Under the pieces are notes generated by a model that ran no database searches, was not told where the DNA came from, and saw only the letters and a list, made by a program, of their open reading frames with translations. A program made the position numbers and the translations under genes. Of a DNA stretch of 64,000 nt, positions 59,693 through 64,000 are shown piece after piece (position 1 is the first letter of the stretch; each line of letters starts with the position of its first letter). Location: NCBI RefSeq assembly GCF_009914755.1, contig NC_060931.1. One strand, 5' to 3'. This DNA is from the human T2T-CHM13v2.0 reference genome, Homo sapiens.

Positions 59693-60844
59693 AGAGACAT
59701 TCAATAAATGAATAAGAATAATTGCATATGTGTTGCAAAGGTCAGGGAGTGAGTTCTTTCTCAAATCTTAGTCTCCCTGGTGTCAGTAGACATACCTCTA
59801 ATAACACAATTGTTCAAGTCAGAAATCTGAGAGTATCAAGACACTTCTTTTTTCCTCATTTCCCCATGTCAAATCCATTAAAGCCTGCCAATTTCATCTC
59901 TTGATTATTGCTTGAATCTTGTCTCAAGGGATCAGATTTTGCCACTGTAACCCAGAACATTCCAGACATGTAAGGCTATCAATCTTTATCGTAGGAGAGA
60001 TGGGAAGCCGTTGAAGGGATTTAGATAGGAAACTGACATGACTTTCTTAGTGAAATTAAAAGATTACTAAATCTTTTACAGCAAGCAATGAATAAGAATA
60101 TGGAGAATGAATTAGAAAGGACTGAGAGTATTTGTGGAGCGGATCTTTCAGGAGTCCAGGGGATAAATGCCAGTGGCTCTGTCACGAATTTGCAAGGCCT
60201 TTGAGAGTAGGAGATGAGAGAGTTGGAAGACATGCTATATTTCAGTGGGGCCCATGGGAAGGCTTAGCAAGGCCTCACTCACTGCTAGAAGATAAAATAA
60301 CTGTAATGAGAAATTCAGGTAAACCTTCCTATTGCTTGCTGCTCTCTTGACTTAGATGGTATTTTTGGTCAAATTAATCAGTATTCTAAATGAATTAAGT
60401 ATGAATATTCTTGGGTCATTTGCTAATAAGTAAGAAAGAATTAGAGAATTATAATCATGCCCGTAAGAAAAAAAAATTGTATACTTCATGAATCCATCGA
60501 TCTTTCTATCCATCTCACAACTTTTTAAAGGGTTACTGTAGTACTAGTATCCAAGTACTAGCTCCAGATGGTCTGCAATCCTCCTGAAGTTTTATGTAAA
60601 TTGTCTTATCTACATACATCTCTCTGGGGGGCAACTTGAAGATTCAGATTCGATTTTTATTCCTATTAAAGAGTAAGAATCAATGGCTTACTGTGTTTTA
60701 GGTCTAGGGTATGCAAACATTCATAGGAAATAATCTTCATTCTTAAAGCATGTAAAGTTTATATCATATAAGCACATAAATGGCAAAGTCACATTGTCAG
60801 TGCTGTAAAAGAGATAGGAACAAAGCTCTGAAAGCTTGTCAGTT

Positions 60845-60868
60845 ACTCTGGTGCTTTTTCTCCTCCAG
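60845..60868 (+). other. GPR141: 3' splice acceptor of the GPR141 coding exon (exon starts 60869)
   Basis: ctctggtgctttttctcctccAG|GTGACTTCCCAAGTATG. Confidence 0.85.
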
Positions 60869-60882
60869 GTGACTTCCCAAGT

Positions 60883-61800
60883 ATGCCTGGCCACAATACC
60901 TCCAGGAATTCCTCTTGCGATCCTATAGTGACACCCCACTTAATCAGCCTCTACTTCATAGTGCTTATTGGCGGGCTGGTGGGTGTCATTTCCATTCTTT
61001 TCCTCCTGGTGAAAATGAACACCCGGTCAGTGACCACCATGGCGGTCATTAACTTGGTGGTGGTCCACAGCGTTTTTCTGCTGACAGTGCCATTTCGCTT
61101 GACCTACCTCATCAAGAAGACTTGGATGTTTGGGCTGCCCTTCTGCAAATTTGTGAGTGCCATGCTGCACATCCACATGTACCTCACGTTCCTATTCTAT
61201 GTGGTGATCCTGGTCACCAGATACCTCATCTTCTTCAAGTGCAAAGACAAAGTGGAATTCTACAGAAAACTGCATGCTGTGGCTGCCAGTGCTGGCATGT
61301 GGACGCTGGTGATTGTCATTGTGGTACCCCTGGTTGTCTCCCGGTATGGAATCCATGAGGAATACAATGAGGAGCACTGTTTTAAATTTCACAAAGAGCT
61401 TGCTTACACATATGTGAAAATCATCAACTATATGATAGTCATTTTTGTCATAGCCGTTGCTGTGATTCTGTTGGTCTTCCAGGTCTTCATCATTATGTTG
61501 ATGGTGCAGAAGCTACGCCACTCTTTACTATCCCACCAGGAGTTCTGGGCTCAGCTGAAAAACCTATTTTTTATAGGGGTCATCCTTGTTTGTTTCCTTC
61601 CCTACCAGTTCTTTAGGATCTATTACTTGAATGTTGTGACGCATTCCAATGCCTGTAACAGCAAGGTTGCATTTTATAACGAAATCTTCTTGAGTGTAAC
61701 AGCAATTAGCTGCTATGATTTGCTTCTCTTTGTCTTTGGGGGAAGCCATTGGTTTAAGCAAAAGATAATTGGCTTATGGAATTGTGTTTTGTGCCGTTAG
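60883..61800 (+). CDS. GPR141: G protein-coupled receptor 141 (orphan class A, P2Y-like 7TM receptor), intronless CDS
   Basis: 305-aa ORF with seven hydrophobic segments, N-glycosylation sequons N5/N9, WxFGxxxC motif (ECL1/TM3), TRY in place of DRY, CFLPY in TM6; protein recognised as human GPR141. Splice acceptor 14 nt upstream of the ATG. Confidence 0.97.
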   Translation: MPGHNTSRNSSCDPIVTPHLISLYFIVLIGGLVGVISILFLLVKMNTRSVTTMAVINLVVVHSVFLLTVPFRLTYLIKKTWMFGLPFCKFVSAMLHIHMYLTFLFYVVILVTRYLIFFKCKDKVEFYRKLHAVAASAGMWTLVIVIVVPLVVSRYGIHEEYNEEHCFKFHKELAYTYVKIINYMIVIFVIAVAVILLVFQVFIIMLMVQKLRHSLLSHQEFWAQLKNLFFIGVILVCFLPYQFFRIYYLNVVTHSNACNSKVAFYNEIFLSVTAISCYDLLLFVFGGSHWFKQKIIGLWNCVLCR

Positions 61801-61841
61801 CCACAAACTACAGTATTCATATTTGCTTCCTTTATATTGGG

Positions 61842-61847
61842 AATAAA
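61842..61847 (+). terminator. Proximal AATAAA polyadenylation signal candidate
   Basis: AATAAA 41 nt after the stop codon; whether it is used cannot be shown from sequence. Confidence 0.45.
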
Positions 61848-62738
61848 AATGGGTATAGGGGAGGTAAGAATGGTATTTCATTACTTGATCAAAACCATGC
61901 CTTGATGTACCCAAAACAAAAGGACTATAAAATGCAAGAGCCCTCATTGTAGTCCTTATGGGATCCCTCCCATCTCTGAGTGATGGCCGTACAAAGACCA
62001 GTGTTGTTGAATCCACCTGGAGTTGCAATATTACATTATTTTCCAGTACAGAATGTCTGTGTGGCCCATGAAAGCAACATAGGTTTTAAGAGTTTTAGAG
62101 TTTCATTAGCTCATTCTAAGTTCCTCTGTTTGAAGCATGGTCTCTTAGGTTTTGGACTGAACTCAGACCTTTAGTTCTTTTCATCCCACTTCACCTTAGG
62201 TAAGTAAATTCTGGCCACCACCCAGCTCCAAAGACACAAACTCTCCTTCGCTAACCAGGTTAGATGTCCCATTCATCTCATGCCCTGATAAAAACTGATA
62301 AGGGGAGAGAATAGTTAAAAATTTTTCTAGGGTATCATAACTCTGGTAGGAAGTCATCTGTCTAGAAATCAAGAGAAAAAGAACGTGTGGCCTCCTGTTA
62401 TAACAAGGGTTTCTAGATTTGTCCTGTGAAAGGTCGTTTAAGGACTTGGGGATCAACTTCCTCAATTATCACCAATTGCACTGTTGCTCCAAAAATCATT
62501 TAAAAGCTTACTGGACATATCTACATAATGGTGAAACTGTAATTTAGAGACTATCCCTGACTAATGTGCTGGTAGGCATTAAAATGAGTTCCCAAGGGAA
62601 GTGATTAAAATTTTTTTCTCTTCTGTTTTTTGAGAGAATTTCTAGATGTCCTGGGCCACAGTTAATTAAGATTTTTAGGGGGGACAGAAAGTTATACTGA
62701 AATCTTTAGAGCTCCCTTCCGCCGTTAAAATTATATAT

Positions 62739-63032
62739 ATATATATTTAAATTATACCTTAAGTTCTGGGGTACATGTGCAGAATATGCAGGTTTGTTAC
62801 ATAGGTATACACGTGCCATGGTGGTTTGCGGCACCTGTCAACCCATCTACATTAGGTATTTCTCCTAATGCTCTCCCTCCCCTAGCCCCCCACCCCTGGA
62901 CAGGCCCCATTGTGTGATGTTCCCCTCCCTGTGTCCATGTGTTTTCATTGTTCAACTCCCACTTCTAAGTGAGAACATGCGGTGTTTGGTTTTCTGTTCC
63001 TGTGTTAGTTTGCTGAGAATGATGGTTTCCAG
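62739..63032 (-). mobile_element. L1PA (PA7/8-like) 3' stub downstream of the GPR141 stop
   Basis: L1PA 3' UTR; 15-bp TSD gttaaaattatatat at 62724 and 63033. Confidence 0.9.
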
Positions 63033-63217
63033 GTTAAAATTATATATTTTTAAATAAATGAAAACTGTGTTTTTAAAAGAGGACTTTTGAGAAGTATATA
63101 GAAAAACCATTAATTTAGACTCTGTGAGATTAGGTTGCATGAAGAAGGTTTTCTGAATATTTGAAGAGTGGATAAATAAATGTCCCCCAAAGCAATAAAA
63201 TCATAATCCTTTAAAAT

Positions 63218-63370
63218 ATAGGAAAAATAACTAATGGGAACTAGGCTTAATACTCGGGATGAAATAATCTGTACAACAAACTCCCATGACACATGTTTAC
63301 CTATGTAACAAACCTGCACATGTACCCCTGAACTTAAAATAAAATTTAAAGTAATAATAATAAAATAATA
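63218..63370 (+). mobile_element. Older L1PA 3' stub
   Basis: tttacctatgtaacaaacctgcacatgtacccctgaacttaaaataaaa. Confidence 0.85.
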
Positions 63371-64000
63371 TGGATTTTCTTTCCAAATTCGGAATTACTT
63401 TTTGTAAAATTGTATTAATAACTTGTGGCATGTGGCACGTTAAACTGATTTTATTTCAAGAACTTCTGTTACTGGCTAGGTTGATACATAGGCTTGTGGG
63501 TTTTTGCTTTTTGGGTTTTTTTTGCTCCTGCCCATACTTCCAGTGTCTTCAGTGTTTTATCTTAAAATTTTCCCAGGATCTGATCCAGTTTCATATTTAA
63601 TGCTGCAGAAAACCTGAAGTGATTAGTAACATGAATAGAATAACAGAATGAATTAAGGGAACTTTTTTTTTCATCAAGGTATATCTTCGGGATTTAAAAG
63701 TTTTTCATAATTTATTATCACTCTGTGGATCCACAAATTCCTCAGATGAATAAGAAATACCTCTGTGAATTTCTGTGACCACTAAAATTACTGAGCCACA
63801 GAAATTAATTCTGAGGAAGCAGAAGTAGCAACATAGTTCAAACATGACTTGTTTCCATATATTTTCTGTTTTATATATTCTTTTAAATATCCTTTTAAAC
63901 AAGTAATATTTCTTTTCTTTCTTGCCTTTTTTCCCATTTATTTTTTACATTTTTTCTTTCTCATTTTGAACCATAAAATTTGTAAGACAGTTACTAAGAC

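Noticed and set aside
61122-61761. Alternative-frame and antisense ORFs inside the GPR141 CDS
   Set aside because: Short (65-78 aa), expected by-products of a coding sequence, no independent support

Overview
Human (primate) genomic DNA, not microbial. The window covers most of the GPR141 locus (orphan class A GPCR; 7p14 from recall). The only convincing protein-coding region is the intronless 305-aa CDS at 60883-61800 (+). Upstream is about 56 kb of intron with candidate 5' UTR exons at ~4250-4388, 5945-6068 (Alu-derived) and 50401-50523, and a weaker one at 30208-30289. The rest is mostly interspersed repeats (Alu, L1, MIR, L2, MaLR LTRs, hAT/mariner MITEs), and almost all short ORFs in the track are repeat-derived or chance. 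I see no evidence for a new multi-gene system. The observations most worth checking are: (1) a uORF-loaded, Alu-exon-containing 5' leader; (2) two candidate recursive splice sites; (3) a tailless AluY with a 13-bp TSD; (4) two L1 insertions carrying short 3'-transduction tags; (5) a MADE1 hairpin with a symmetric substitution in both arms; (6) inverted L1 3' ends downstream of the stop codon; (7) a receptor lacking most class A activation microswitches. Repeat subfamily names come from my recall of consensus sequences, not from a database run.
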